Shown here one piece after another: positions 1-14,100 of a stretch of 64,000 nt of DNA. The notes beneath the pieces were generated by a model. The model had not been told where the DNA came from. It made no database searches and saw nothing but the letters and a program-made list of their open reading frames with translations. Made by a program: the position numbers and the translations under genes. The first letter of the stretch is position 1. Each line of letters opens with the position of its first letter. The DNA is from Macrostomum lignano (Eukaryota). The stretch lies in contig NIVC01000684.1 in NCBI GenBank assembly GCA_002269645.1, positions 372,001 to 436,000 of the forward strand, in the 5' to 3' direction.

Positions 1-3000
1 CTGTGTCTGATTCTCACTGTGTTTACTTCTCACTGTCTAATTCTCGCTGTGTCTGCTTCTCACTGTCTACTTCTCGCTGTGTCTGCTTCTCACTGTCTAC
101 TTCTCGCTGTATCTGCTTCTCACTGTCTACTTCTCGCTGTGTCTGCTTCTCACTGTCTACTTCTCGCTGTGTCTGCTTCTCACTGTCTACTTCTCGCTGT
201 GTCTGCTTCTCGCTGTGTCTGCTTCTCGCTGTGTCTGCTTTTCACTGTGTCTACTTCTCACTGTGTCTACTTCTCACTGTGTCTGCTTCTCACTGTCTAC
301 TTCTCGTTGTGTCTGCTTCTCACTGTCTACTTCTCGCTGTGTCTACTTCTCACTCTGTCTGCTTCTCACTGTGTCTGATTCTCACTGTGTTTACTTCTCA
401 CTGTCTACTTCTCGCTGTGTCTGCTTCTCACTGTCTACTTCTCGCTGTATCTGCTTCTCACTGTCTACTTCTCGCTGTGTCTGCTTCTCACTGTCAACTT
501 CTCGTTGTGTCTGCTTCTCGCTGTGTCTGCTTCTCGCTGTGTCTGCTTCTCACTGTCTACTTCTCACTGTGTCTACTTCTCACTGTGTCTGCTTCTCACT
601 GTGTCTGCTTCTCATTGTCTACTTCTCACTGTGTCTGCTTCTCACTGTGTCTGCTTCTCACTGTGTCTGCGTCTCATTGTCTACTTCTCACTGTGTCTAC
701 TTCTCACTGTGTCTGCTTCTCACTGTGTCTGCTTCTCACTGTCTACTTCTCATTGTATCTACTTTTCACTGTGTCTGCTTCTCGCTGTGTCTGCTTCTCA
801 CTGTGTCTGCTTCTCGCTGTGTCTGCTTCTCGCTGTGTCTGCTTCTCACTGTGTCTGCTTCTCGCTGTGTCTGCTTCTCACTGTCTGCTTCTCACTGTAT
901 CTGCTTCTCACTGTGTCTGCTTCTCGCTGTGTCTGCTTCTCACTGTCTGCTTCTCACTGTATCTGCTTCTCACTGTGTCTGCTTCTCGCTGTGTCTGCTT
1001 CTCACTGTGTCTGCTTCTCGCTGTGTCTGCTTCTCACTGTCTACTTCTCGCTGTATCTGCTTCTCACTGTGTCTGCTTCTCACTGTGTCTGCTTCTCACT
1101 GTCTACTTCTCGCTGTATCTGCTTCTCACTGTGTCTGCTTCTCGCTGTGTCTGCTTCTCACTGTCTACTTCTCGCTGTGTCTGCTTCTCGCTGTGTCTAC
1201 TTCTCACTCTGTCTGCTTCTCACTGTCTACTTCTCGCTGTATCTGCTTCTCACTGTGTCTGCTTCTCACTGTGTCTGCTTCTCGCTGTGTCTGCTCGCTG
1301 TGTCTACTTCTCACTCTGTCTGCTTCTCACTGTGTCTGATTCTCACTGTGTTTACTTCTCACTGTCTAATTCTCGCTGTGTCTGCTTCTCACTGTCTACT
1401 TCTCGCTGTGTCTGCTTCTCACTGTCTACTTCTCGCTGTATCTGCTTCTCACTGTCTACTTCTCGCTGTGTCTGCTTCTCACTGTCTACTTCTCGCTGTG
1501 TCTGCTTCTCACTGTCTACTTCTCGCTGTGTCTGCTTCTCGCTGTGTCTGCTTCTCGCTGTGTCTGCTTTTCACTGTGTCTACTTCTCACTGTGTCTACT
1601 TCTCACTGTGTCTGCTTCTCACTGTGTCTGCTTCTCATTGTCTACTTCTCACTGTGTCTGCTTCTCACTGTGTCTGCGTCTCATTGTCTACTTCTCACTG
1701 TGTCTTCTTCTCGCTGTGTCTACTTCTCACTGTGTCTGCTTCTCACTGTGTCTGCTTCTCACTGTCTACTTCTCATTGTATCTACTTTTCACTGTGTCTG
1801 CTTCTCGCTGTGTCTGCTTCTCACTGTCTACTTCTCGCTGTATCTGCTTCTCACTGTCTACTTCTCGCTGTGTCTGCTTCTCACTGTCTACTTCTCGCTG
1901 TGTCTGCTTCTCACTGTGTCTGCTTCTCGCTGTGTCTGCTTCTCACTGTCTGCTTCTCACTGTGTCTGCTTCTCACTGTCTGCTTCTCACTGTATCTGCT
2001 TCTCACTGTGACTGCTTCTCACTGTGTCTGCTTCTCGCTGTGTCTGCTTCTCACTGTGTCTGCTTCTCGCTGTGTCTGCTTCTCATTGTCTGCTTCTCAC
2101 TGTATCTGCTTCTCACTGTGTCTGCTTCTCGCTGTGTCTGCTTCTCACTGTGTCTGCTTCTCACTGTATCTGCTTCTCACTGTGTCTGCTTCTCACTGTG
2201 TCTGCTTCTCACTGTCTACTTCTCGCTGTATCTGCTTCTCACTGTCTACTTCTCGCTGTATCTGCTTCTCACTGTCTACTTCTCGCTGTGTCTGCTTCTC
2301 ACTGTCTACTTCTCGTTGTGTCTGCTTCTCACTGTCTACTTCTCGCTGTGTCTACTTCTCACTCTGTCTGCTTCTCACTGTGTCTGATTCTCACTGTGTT
2401 TACTTCTCACTGTCTACTTCTCGCTGTGTCTGCTTCTCACTGTCTGCTTCTCACTGTATCTGCTTCTCACTGTGTCTGCTTCTCGCTGTGTCTGCTTCTC
2501 ACTGTGTCTGCTTCTCGCTGTGTCTGCTTCTCACTGTGTCTGCTTCTCGCTGTGTCTGCTTCTCACTGTCTACTTCTCACTGTGTCTACTTCTCACTGTG
2601 TCTGCTTCTCACTGTGTCTGCTTCTCATTGTCTACTTCTCGCTGTGTCTGCTTCTCACTGTCTACTTCTCGCTGTATCTGCTTCTCACTGTCTACTTCTC
2701 GCTGTATCTGCTTCTCACTGTCTACTTCTCGCTGTGTCTGCTTCTCACTGTCTACTTCTCGTTGTGTCTGCTTCTCACTGTCTACTTCTCGCTGTGTCTA
2801 CTTCTCACTCTGTCTGCTTCTCACTGTGTCTGATTCTCACTGTGTTTACTTCTCACTGTCTACTTCTCGCTGTGTCTGCTTCTCACTGTCTACTTCTCGC
2901 TGTATCTGCTTCTCACTGTCTACTTCTCACTGTGTCTGCTTCTCACTGTCTACTTCTCGCTGTGTCTGCTTCTCGCTGTGTCTGCTTCTCGCTGTGTCTG

Positions 3001-6000
3001 CTTCTCACTGTCTACTTCTCACTGTGTCTACTTCTCACTGTGTCTGCTTCTCACTGTGTCTGCGTCTCATTGTCTACTTCTCACTGTGTCTACTTCTCAC
3101 TGTGTCTACTTCTCACTGTGTCTGCTTCTCACTGTGTCTGCTTCTCACTGTCTACTTCTCATTGTATCTACTTTTCACTGTGTCTGCTTCTCGCTGTGTC
3201 TGCTTCTCGCTGTGTCTGCTTCTCACTGTGTCTGCTTCTCGCTGTGTCTGCTTCTCACTGTCTGCTTCTCACTGTATCTGCTTCTCACTGTGTCTGCTTC
3301 TCGCTGTGTCTGCTTCTCACTGTCTGCTTCTCACTGTATCTGCTTCTCACTGTGTCTGCTTCTCGCTGTGTCTGCTTCTCACTGTGTCTGCTTCTCGCTG
3401 TGTCTGCTTCTCACTGTCTACTTCTCGCTGTATCTGCTTCTCACTGTGTCTGCTTCTCACTGTGTCTGCTTCTCACTGTCTACTTCTCGCTGTATCTGCT
3501 TCTCACTGTGTCTGCTTCTCGCTGTGTCTGCTTCTCACTGTCTACTTCTCGCTGTGTCTGCTTCTCGCTGTGTCTACTTCTCACTCTGTCTGCTTCTCAC
3601 TGTCTACTTCTCGCTGTATCTGCTTCTCACTGTGTCTGCTTCTCACTGTGTCTGCTTCTCGCTGTGTCTGCTTCTCGCTGTGTCTACTTCTCACTCTGTC
3701 TGCTTCTCACTGTGTCTGATTCTCACTGTGTTTACTTCTCACTGTCTAATTCTCGCTGTGTCTGCTTCTCACTGTCTACTTCTCGCTGTGTCTGCTTCTC
3801 ACTGTCTACTTCTCGCTGTATCTGCTTCTCACTGTCTACTTCTCGCTGTGTCTGCTACTCACTGTCTACTTCTCGCTGTGTCTGCTTCTCGCTGTGTCTG
3901 CTTCTCGCTGTGTCTGCTTTTCACTGTGTCTACTTCTCACTGTGTCTACTTCTCACTGTGTCTGCTTCTCACTGTGTCTGCTTCTCATTGTCTACTTCTC
4001 ACTGTGTCTGCTTCTCACTGTGTCTTCGTCTCATTGTCTACTTCTCACTGTGTCTACTTCTCGCTGTGTCTACTTCTCACTATGTCTGCTTCTCACTGTG
4101 TCTGCTTCTCACTGTCTACTTCTCGCTGTATCTGCTTCTCACTGTCTACTTCTCGCTGTATCTGCTTCTCACTGTCTACTTCTCGCTGTGTCTGCTTCTC
4201 ACTGTCTACTTCTCGTTGTGTCTGCTTCTCACTGTCTACTTCTCGCTGTGTCTACTTCTCACTCTGTCTGCTTCTCACTGTGTCTGATTCTCACTGTGTT
4301 TACTTCTCACTGTCTACTTCTCGCTGTGTCTGCTTCTCACTGTCTACTTCTCGCTGTATCTGCTTCTCACTGTCTACTTCTCGCTGTGTCTGCTTCTCAC
4401 TGTCTACTTCTCGCTGTGTCTGCTTCTCGCTGTGTCTGCTTCTCGCTGTGTCTGCTTCTCACTGTCTACTTCTCACTGTGTCTACTTCTCACTGTGTCTG
4501 CTTCTCACTGTGTCTGCTTCTCATTGTCTACTTCTCGCTGTGTCTGCTTCTCACTGTCTACTTCTCGCTGTATCTGCTTCTCACTGTCTACTTCTCGCTG
4601 TATCTGCTTCTCACTGTCTACTTCTCGCTATGTCTGCTTCTCACTGTCTACTTCTCGTTGTGTCTGCTTCTCACTGTCTACTTCTCGCTGTGTCTACTTC
4701 TCACTCTGTCTGCTTCTCACTGTGTCTGATTCTCACTGTGTTTACTTCTCACTGTCTACTTCTCGCTGTGTCTGCTTCTCACTGTCTACTTCTCGCTGTA
4801 TCTGCTTCTCACTGTCTACTTCTCGCTGTGTCTGCTTCTCACTGTCTACTTCTCGCTGTGTCTGCTTCTCGCTGTGTCTGCTTCTCGCTGTGTCTGCTTC
4901 TCACTGTCTACTTCTCACTGTGTCTACTTCTCACTGTGTCTGCTTCTCACTGTGTCTGCGTCTCATTGTCTACTTCTCACTGTGTCTACTTCTCACTGTG
5001 TCTGCTTCTCACTGTGTCTGCTTCTCACTGTCTACTTCTCATTGTATCTACTTTTCACTGTGTCTGCTTCTCGCTGTGTCTGCTTCTCGCTGTGTCTGCT
5101 TCTCACTGTGTCTGCTTCTCGCTGTGTCTGCTTCTCACTGTCTGCTTCTCACTGTATCTGCTTCTCACTGTGTCTGCTTCTCGCTGTGTCTGCTTCTCAC
5201 TGTCTGCTTCTCACTGTATCTGCTTCTCACTGTGTCTGCTTCTCGCTGTGTCTGCTTCTCACTGTGTCTGCTTCTCGCTGTGTCTGCTTCTCACTGTCTA
5301 CTTCTCGCTGTATCTGCTTCTCACTGTGTCTGCTTCTCACTGTGTCTGCTTCTCACTGTCTACTTCTCGCTGTATCTGCTTCTCACTGTGTCTGCTTCTC
5401 GCTGTGTCTGCTTCTCACTGTCTACTTCTCGCTGTGTCTGCTTCTCGCTGTGTCTACTTCTCACTCTGTCTGCTTCTCACTGTCTACTTCTCGCTGTATC
5501 TGCTTCTCACTGTGTCTGCTTCTCACTGTGTCTGCTTCTCGCTGTGTCTGCTTCTCGCTGTGTCTACTTCTCACTCTGTCTGCTTCTCACTGTGTCTGAT
5601 TCTCACTGTGTTTACTTCTCACTGTCTAATTCTCGCTGTGTCTGCTTCTCACTGTCTACTTCTCGCTGTGTCTGCTTCTCACTGTCTACTTCTCGCTGTA
5701 TCTGCTTCTCACTGTCTACTTCTCGCTGTGTCTGCTTCTCACTGTCTACTTCTCGCTGTGTCTGCTACTCACTGTCTACTTCTCGCTGTGTCTGCTTCTC
5801 GCTGTGTCTGCTTCTCGCTGTGTCTGCTTTTCACTGTGTCTACTTCTCACTGTGTCTACTTCTCACTGTGTCTGCTTCTCACTGTGTCTGCTTCTCATTG
5901 TCTACTTCTCACTGTGTCTGCTTCTCACTGTGTCTGCGTCTCATTGTCTACTTCTCACTGTGTCTACTTCTCGCTGTGTCTACTTCTCACTATGTCTGCT

Positions 6001-6220
6001 TCTCACTGTGTCTGCTTCTCACTGTCTACTTCTCATTGTATCTACTTTTCACTGTGTCTGCTTCTCGCTGTGTCTGCTTCTCACTGTCTACTTCTCGCTG
6101 TATCTGCTTCTCACTGTCTACTTCTCATTGTATCTACTTCTCATTGTATCTACTTCTCACTGTGTCTGCTTCTCATTGTATCTACTTTTCACTGTACCTG
6201 CTTCTCGCTGTCTACTTCTC
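1..6220. repeat. Intronic minisatellite array of 14/16-bp units (ttctcactgtctac / ttctcactgtgtctgc) with higher-order structure
   Basis: Direct reading of the tandem units. The rare variant gtctgattc gives ORF stops at 378, 1339, 2387, 2833, 3719, 4287, 4729 and 5599, with ~1.9 kb spacing in the distal part. The array runs off the left edge. Confidence 0.97.
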
Positions 6221-6255
6221 ACAGTTCCAATGCTCAATTGCCACTCACTCTGCAG

Positions 6256-6513
6256 GTGAAACTTTTGACGGCCAAAACTGAGGCTCTGGCTGTTGAAATT
6301 GTCAAAGCCTGGGGCTGCGCAGCCGCCACAGCCGCTGCCACCACCAACGGACGGGGCAAAGAGGATTGCGGCGCCTCCGCTGCCCCCGGGCCCGGCGCTC
6401 TTGCCGTTTCTGCTTCTCAGCAGCAGCAAAAGCAGCCGCAGCAGCAGCAGCAGCAACCACCAATGTTTCACCATCAGCACAGACTTCGTCCAGACTCCGG
6501 CATCGGACTTTAA
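6256..6513 (+). CDS. Terminal coding exon of an unidentified gene starting upstream of the window (VKLLTAKTEALAVEIVKAWG...polyQ...RPDSGIGL*)
   Basis: Acceptor ctcactctgcag at 6255, followed by a GC-rich open frame with Ala/Gln tracts, TAA at 6511-6513 and AATAAA at 6550-6555. An alternative acceptor at 6224 is possible. Confidence 0.65.
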   Translation: MKLLTAKTEALAVEIVKAWGCAAATAAATTNGRGKEDCGASAAPGPGALAVSASQQQQKQPQQQQQQPPMFHHQHRLRPDSGIGL

Positions 6514-8159
6514 AGCTGAACGCAAGACAATTAATTGCAAAACAAAATTAATAAACTGTTTTTTTGGAAGCTTGCCTGCTTTAATTTTTTTAGACAAGCA
6601 ACGCGACTAATTTCTTTTTCGTTTCATACAATTTTTCGTCTGGATTTCGCTTCTTCATTATTAATCCCCGGTATTTTCGGCCATTGTTTTGCGTTTTTTC
6701 AGTGCGTTGAGCCAGTTTTAGAAGTTTATCATTTTTTCCTTTCTTTCCGTCTTTCTATACAACATTTTTATAGTTTTTTTTCCTTCAGCTAGATAAGTTT
6801 GACTTCAACATGACATACAGATATTAATTGTAGTTCGTCCATCCATCATTTACAGTTGTTGAACACGCGAGTCCATATTTTCAAGTTTTGTATTTTCTGT
6901 TATTTTTGTCCATCGATTTTGCATTTTCACGCCCGCCTCACCCAAGCGTCGGTGTTGGTCACCCCCACTCCGCTTAGTCTCTATGAAGCGCTTTTTCGCC
7001 ATCCGTTTAAACAAAAACAATCTTCCGGTGTTGGGTATATTTAGTAACTCTTTACTTTAAAAACTGGTTGCATTTATATGCTTTATGAATGAAAAAACTT
7101 TGATTTATATTGAATTGAGCAGTTGTGCATTTATATGATAGCTTTATGCTCTGACTTCTTAATCGCATTAATTCATTTATTATTTATATATAGTAGGAAT
7201 AAGACCCAAAAACCAGCTGCCAAACCAATTAACTTTTTTCTCTGTTTTGCCATTTATCTATCATATTTCAGTTTTCTTACATTTTTCTTTATCCTGATTG
7301 TTCGAGCGTGTCCATGTTTTTTTCTATATACTTTTTGTCCGTTCCGTCTGTTCAATTAGCAAAATAATTCAACATCTCTTTGATTTTTGATTGATTGAAC
7401 AGTTTGGCCAAGTTTGAAAAAAACCAACTGTTGGCATGAATAAACATTGCTAAAAGAGACTGACAGACAAACGACTCTGTGCGTTTATTGACAGAGGAAT
7501 TTGGTGCATGGAGAATTTAATTTGTTTTTCTTGTTGAGGCATTTTTCAAGAGTTTTCCATTCAGGACAAAATTAAGATTTCTTTTCTTACTTTTTATTTC
7601 ATTTATTTATTCATAAGATGACATCCCCTACTAAAGAGTAGCAAAGTGAGTAATTTGGAGTCAAAATTTAATGAAAAGCTCACGGAAAGAAAAGCTCGTA
7701 TTCTTAGGCTAATAACAATTCGCTAGAAGAAAACCTACACGCGAGAGATTTTTGGCGCGCGTCAAAGGTAGACCTTTTTATTTTTACTGTAACTGTAGCT
7801 CAATTAATAAGTGACTTGCCTATGCTTACCACATTGTACATCAATCTGTTGTGCATTTGTACATCTTAACCTGATACTTGCATACTTAGCCTTGGCCAAT
7901 GAGAGCTCTTCGTATGATTCAGCAAAAAATGGCGCTGGCCCTGTCCGTTTTCCCTCTCTTACCCTATCTCATCGCTGATTGGCTAGAACTAGCGAGACAT
8001 CGTCCACCCCATCGCCTACCCCAAATTGCTGTCTGAATTTAATTAGAATTCTTATAATTACCTTATCACACTGGTTGGAGCGATAATTAGAAAGTCGGCA
8101 GTATTTATTGATTGAGCAGTGCAATTGAGCAACACAATACCGGTACATCAAAACGACAA

Positions 8160-11100
8160 ATGATGAAGATTAGACAGTTAATTCTGCTATTAACTGTCCT
8201 AGCTGCGTGTCTTAATTGTAGCGAAGCTTATCGCCACAAAAGACGCAAAGAGTGCAACAACAAGACGCCGATATGTCGGTCCGACCGTTTCGACGTTGTA
8301 TTTAGTCACTACGACGATTGGGACTGCAAGGTGTTCAAGTGCAAGTGCCGCGATCCCGTTGCTAAGACCTGTCCGCAGGGTCAGGCCCGGCTGCAGGTGA
8401 GGCCCGATTGTTGAGAGAATGCAGATAGAGCGCGGGAATTACGAGCGTTGGGAGAAGATACAGAAGGAGAATTAGGGAAGAATACAGAGTGGGAATCAGG
8501 GAAGATATACACAAGGGGAATTATGGAAGATACACAGAAAAAATACACACACAAAGGGAATTAGGGAACATACACAGGGGAAATTAGGGAAGATACACAG
8601 GGGGAGTAAGGGAAGATACACAGGGGAATTAGGGAACATACACAGGGGAAATTAGGGAACATACACAGGGGGAGTAAGGGAAGATACACAGGGGAATTAG
8701 GGAAAAATATACAGGAGAAATTAAGGAAGATACACCAGGGGGAATTAGGGAAGATACACAAGGGAATTACGGAAGATACACTGGGGGATTAGGGAAGATA
8801 CACAGGGGAATTAGGGAAGATTATACAAGGGGAATTATGGAAGATTATACAGAGGAATTAGGGAAGATAAACAGGGGGAATTAACTAAGATACACAGGGG
8901 AATTAGGGAAGATACACAGGGGGAATTAGGGAACATACACAGATGGAATTATGGAAAATACATGCACAGAAATGTTAAATCAATTCGTCATTCGCTCAGG
9001 TGGACTCTGACGGCTGCCAGTACTACGAGTGCCAGTCCTGCCCGCCAAGGCCGGTCTGCCAAGGCACCCAGCAGGTGACCTTCCGCGGTAACGACGCCAA
9101 CAACTGCCCAGTGTACACCTGCGACTGTCCGCTGAATCCTAATCGGCCCCAATGCGGACCGAATCAACAGCTGCAGCAGACTACTGACAGTAGCGGATGC
9201 CCGAGCTTCTTTTGTCAGCAGACTCGAACCCAGTGCCCGGATGCGCCCAGCTGCAGCTCCAACCAGCAGTTGGTCAGCGTTGGGGTCAATGGAGACTGTC
9301 AGATCTACAAGTGCGAATGCTTGACCCCAGCCAAGATTGCTTGCAACGTGGGATCGCAGGCCCGGCTGCAAGATGACGGACTTGGCTGTCAGGTGAACGA
9401 AGCTTGATCGTGTAGTTTAATATTGGAAAAGTGTGACTTGAGTAGGTTAAAGTTGAGTAGGGTGAGAGAGAAGTTAAGTAGGTTAGAGCAGATTTGACTG
9501 GGTTACAGTAAATTTGAGTGAATTGCAGTGAAGTTGAGTAGGTTTAGAATGAAGTTGAGTAGGTTAGAATGAATTTTAGTAGGTTAGAGCAAAGTTGAGT
9601 AGGTTACAGTGAAGTTGAGTAGGTTAGAGTAAAGTTGAGTACAGTGAAGTTGAGTAGGTTAGAGTGAAGTTGAGTACAGTGAAGTTGAGTAGGTTAGAGT
9701 AAAGTTGAGTACAGTGAAGTTGAGTAGGTTAGAGTGAAGTTGAGTAGGTTACAGTGAAGTTGAGTAGGTTACAGTGAAGTTAATAGGGTCAAAGTAAAAT
9801 TGAGTTGTTAGAGTAAAGTCGAGTATGGTCAGTGAAGTTGAGTAGGTTAGAGTGAAGTTGAGTAGGGTCAGAGTGAAGTTGAGTAGGGTCAGAGTGAAGT
9901 TGAGTAGGGTCAGAGTGAAGTTGAGTAGGGTCAGAGTGAAGTTGAGTAGGGTCAGAGTGAAGTTGAGTAGGGTCAGAGTGAAGCTGAGTAGGGTCAGAGT
10001 GAAGTTGAGTAGGGTCAGAGTGAAGTTGAGTAGGGTCAGAGTGAAGCTGAGTAGGGTCAGAGTGAAGTTGAGTAGGGTCAGAGTGAAGCTGAGTAGGGTC
10101 AGAGTGAAGTTGAGTAGGGTCAGAGTGAAGTTGAGTAGGGTCAGAGTGAAGTTGAGTAGGGTCAGAGTGAAGTTGAGTAGGGTCAGAGTGAAGTTGAGTA
10201 GGGTCAGAGTGAAGTTGAGTAGGGTCAGAGTGAAGTTGAGTAGGGTCAGAGTGAAGTTGAGTAGGGTCAGAGGGAAGTTGAGTAGGGTCAGAGTGAAGTT
10301 GAGTAGGGTCAGAGTGAAGTTGAGTAGGGTCAGAGTGAAGTTGAGTAGGGTCAGAGTGAAGCTGAGTAGGGTCAGAGTGAAGCTGAGTAGGGTCAGAGTG
10401 AAGTTGAGTAGGGTCAGAGTGAAGTTGAGTAGGGTCAGAGTGAAGCTGAGTAGGTTAGAGTGAAGTTGAGTAGGGTCAGAGTGAAGTTGAGTAGGGTCAG
10501 AGTGAAGTTGAGTAGGGTCAGAGTGAAGTTGAGTAGGGTCAGAGTGAAGTTGAGTAGGGTCAGAGTGAAGTTGAGTAGGGTCAGAGTGAAGTTGAGTAGG
10601 GTCAGAGTGAAGTTGAGTAGGGTCAGAGTGAAGTTGAGTAGGGTCAGAGTGAAGTTGAGTAGGGTCAGAGGGAAGTTGAGTAGGGTCAGAGTGAAGTTGA
10701 GTAGGGTCAGAGTGAAGTTGAGTAGGGTCAGAGTGAAGTTGAGTAGGGTCAGAGTGAAGCTGAGTAGGGTCAGAGTGAAGCTGAGTAGGGTCAGAGTGAA
10801 GTTGAGTAGGGTCAGAGTGAAGCTGAGTAGGGAAGGCGTTAAAATGAATTTAAGGGAAGAGCAGGATGAAGAACCGATAGAGTGGACTGAAGTAGCCTGT
10901 TCCCGCTCACCCTCCCCCAGGTGTACAAGTGCGTGGAGAACCGCTCCCCCTGTCCCCCTGAGCCGGCCTGCCCGTCGCCGCACCAGATGGTGTCGCAGAA
11001 CGGCGTCGATGGCAACAACTGCATCAAGTACGTGTGCAAGTGCATCCCGCTGGCTCCCATCACCTGTCCGGCTGGGTTCCGCCAAATCATGGACACTGAC

Positions 11101-14100
11101 GAGACCTGCGCCTGCCAGTACTACAAGTGCGAGCCAAACTGCGAGCAGAAGCCCAACTGCCCCTCTGTGAGTCACTGGCTGCAGCACATCTGACTCACTT
11201 TGACTCACTTTGACTCACTTTGACTCACTTTGACTCACTTGACTCACTTTGATTCACTTTCACTCACTTTCACTCCCTTTGACTCGCTTTGACTCGCTTT
11301 GACTCACTTTCACTCACTTTGACTCACTTGACTCGCTTTGACTCCCTTTGACTCGCTTTGACTCGCTTTGACTCGCTTTGACTCACTGTGACTCGCTTTG
11401 ACTCGCTTTGACTCAATTTGACTCAATTTGACTCACTTTGACTCGCTTTGACTCGCTTTGACTCACTTTGACTCGCTTTGGCTCACTTTGATTCACTTTG
11501 ACTCGCTTTAACTCAATTTGACTCACTTTGACTCGCTTTGACTCGCTTTGACTCACTTTGACTCGCTTTGACTCGCTTTGACTCGCTTTGACTCACTTGA
11601 CTTACTTTGACTCACTTGACTCACTTGACTTACTTTGATTCACTTTCACTCACCTTCACTCACTTTGACTGAATTTGACTCGCTTTGACTCATAGTGACT
11701 CGCTTTGACTCGCTTTGACTCGCTTTGACTCAATTTGACTCACTTTGACTTGCTTTGACTCGCTTTGACTCACTTTGACTCGCTTTGACTCGCTTTGACT
11801 CGCTTTGACTCGCTTTGACTCGCTTTGACTCGCTTTGACTCGCTTTGACTCGCTTTGACTCGCTTTGACTCGCTTTGACTCGCTTTGACTCGCTTTGACT
11901 CACTGTGACTCGCTTTGACTCGCTTTAAGTCGCTTTGACTCACTTTGACTCACTTTGACTCACTTTGACTCGCTTTGACTCACTTTGACTCGCTTTGACT
12001 AGTTTTGACTCAATTTGACCCACTTTGACTCACTTTGACTCGCTTCGACTCACTTTGACTCGCTTTGACTCACTTTGACTCGCTTTGACTAGTTTTGACT
12101 CAATTTGACTCACTTGACTCGCTTTGACTCGCTTTGACTCACTTTCACTCACTTTGACTCACTTGACTCGCTTTGACTCATAGTGACTCGCTTTGACTCG
12201 CTTTGACTCGCTTTGACTCAATTTGACTCACTTTGACTTGCTTTGACTCGCTTTGACTCACTTTGACTCGCTTTGACTCGCTTTGACTCGCTTTGACTCG
12301 CTTTGACTCGCTTTGACTCGCTTTGACTCGCTTTGACTCGCTTTGACTCGCTTTGACTCGCTTTGACTCGCTTTGACTCGCTTTGACTCGCTTTGACTCA
12401 CTGTGACTCGCTTTGACTCGCTTTAAGTCGCTTTGACTCACTTTGACTCACTTTGACTCACTTTGACTCGCTTTGACTCACTTTGACTCGCTTTGACTAG
12501 TTTTGACTCAATTTGACCCACTTTGACTCACTTTGACTCGCTTCGACTCACTTTGACTCGCTTTGACCCACCTTGCCTTACTACAACTCACCAGGTGCAC
12601 CAGGAGCCCGTGATCTCTGGAACCCGCAACAACGGCTGTCCAACCTACTCGTGTCAGTGCAAAAATCCGGAAGTGATCAGCTGCACCCTGGCAGATTCGC
12701 ACCTGGTGCTGAGCAAAGCCACCGACGGCTCCAACTGCGATGTGTACGTCTGCCAGAATGACAACAGCGGCACACGCAGTTGCGGGGCCGTCCCGAACTG
12801 CCCGGCTGGTCAACCGCCAGTGCTGAGTAGTTATGACGCTCAGGTGGGCTGTTTCTTGGGAACTGGAATCTGGGATCTGGGATCTAGGATCTGGGATCTA
12901 GGATCTGGGATCTAGGATCTGGGATCTAGGATCTGGGATCTAGGATCTGGGATCTAGGATCTGGGATCTAGGATCTGGGATCTAGGATCTGGGATCTAGG
13001 ATCTGGGATCTAGGATCTGGGATCTAGGATCTGGGATCTAGGATCTGGGATCTAGGATCTGGGATCTAGGATCTGGGATCTAGGATCTGGGATCTAGGAT
13101 CTGGGATCTAGGATCTGGGATCTAGGATCTGGGATCTAGGATCTGGGATCTAGGATCTGGGATCTAGAATCTGGGATCTAGGATCTGGGATCTAGGATCT
13201 GGGATCTAGGATCTGGGATCTAGGATCTGGGATCTAGGATCTGGGATCTAGGATCTGGGATCTAGGATCTGGGATCTGGGATCTGGGATCTGCTGCATAG
13301 ACCCCTGCAAACTAAGTAAAAGATATGAATATGTACTCTTATTTATTACCTGCTCTGAAATCCGCCGGCAGGGCTGCCCAGTCTACCTGTGCAGCGGCGG
13401 CTCCGGCACGAACTGCCCAGCCGCGCCACCCTGCGGCGCCGGCGAAACCCAGCAGATTGTCGGCCGCGACACGCTGGGCTGCCCGCAATACGTCTGCAAC
13501 CGGATCGGGTGCACCACGCCGCCCAACTGCGGCAACCAGCAGGCCGTGTTCAGTCAGTACCAGAACAACTGCCCAGTGTATGTGTGCCAGGACAGCAGGT
13601 CCTGTCCCACCGTGCCCGCCTGTCCGCAACTACAGGTATCCTTCCAGGTGAGGCAAGACTCTCCATGGCAGTCCATAGACTCTCCATCCATATTCCATTT
13701 GCTATCGTCCATCTCGTATTACCTATTTCTCATTTCATATTTGTCATTTACAATCTCCTATCCCTTATCTCCAATCTCTAATCTCTTAGCTTTCATCACC
13801 TATCTCTCATCTCCTATCTCCTATCTCCCTTCTCCCTTCTTCTATCTCTTATCTCCTATCTGTTATCTTCCATCTCATATATCAAATTTCCTATCTCCTT
13901 TGTTCATTTCCATAGCTATTGAGAGAGTATTTTAGCTAGCCTAGAAGGCAAGTCGCAGTTAAGCAGATTTTTGCGGTAAGAACGCAGCTAAAAAGGTAGG
14001 CAGCCATTGTGAACGGCAAAAACATTGCAGCCCTATGGCACTGTACATGTACAAGCCGTACACAGCAACTACAGCGGTTGCATTGCAGTTTGTTTTAGAA

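Noticed and set aside
3-6281. Very long ORFs (up to 1260 aa) rich in C/L/S/V/F
   Set aside because: All three frames are open simply because the minisatellite units lack stop codons; there is no coding signature.
9852-11208. (KLSRVRV)n and (LLNFTLT)n ORFs
   Set aside because: Translations of the 21-bp intronic repeat lying between well-supported splice sites.
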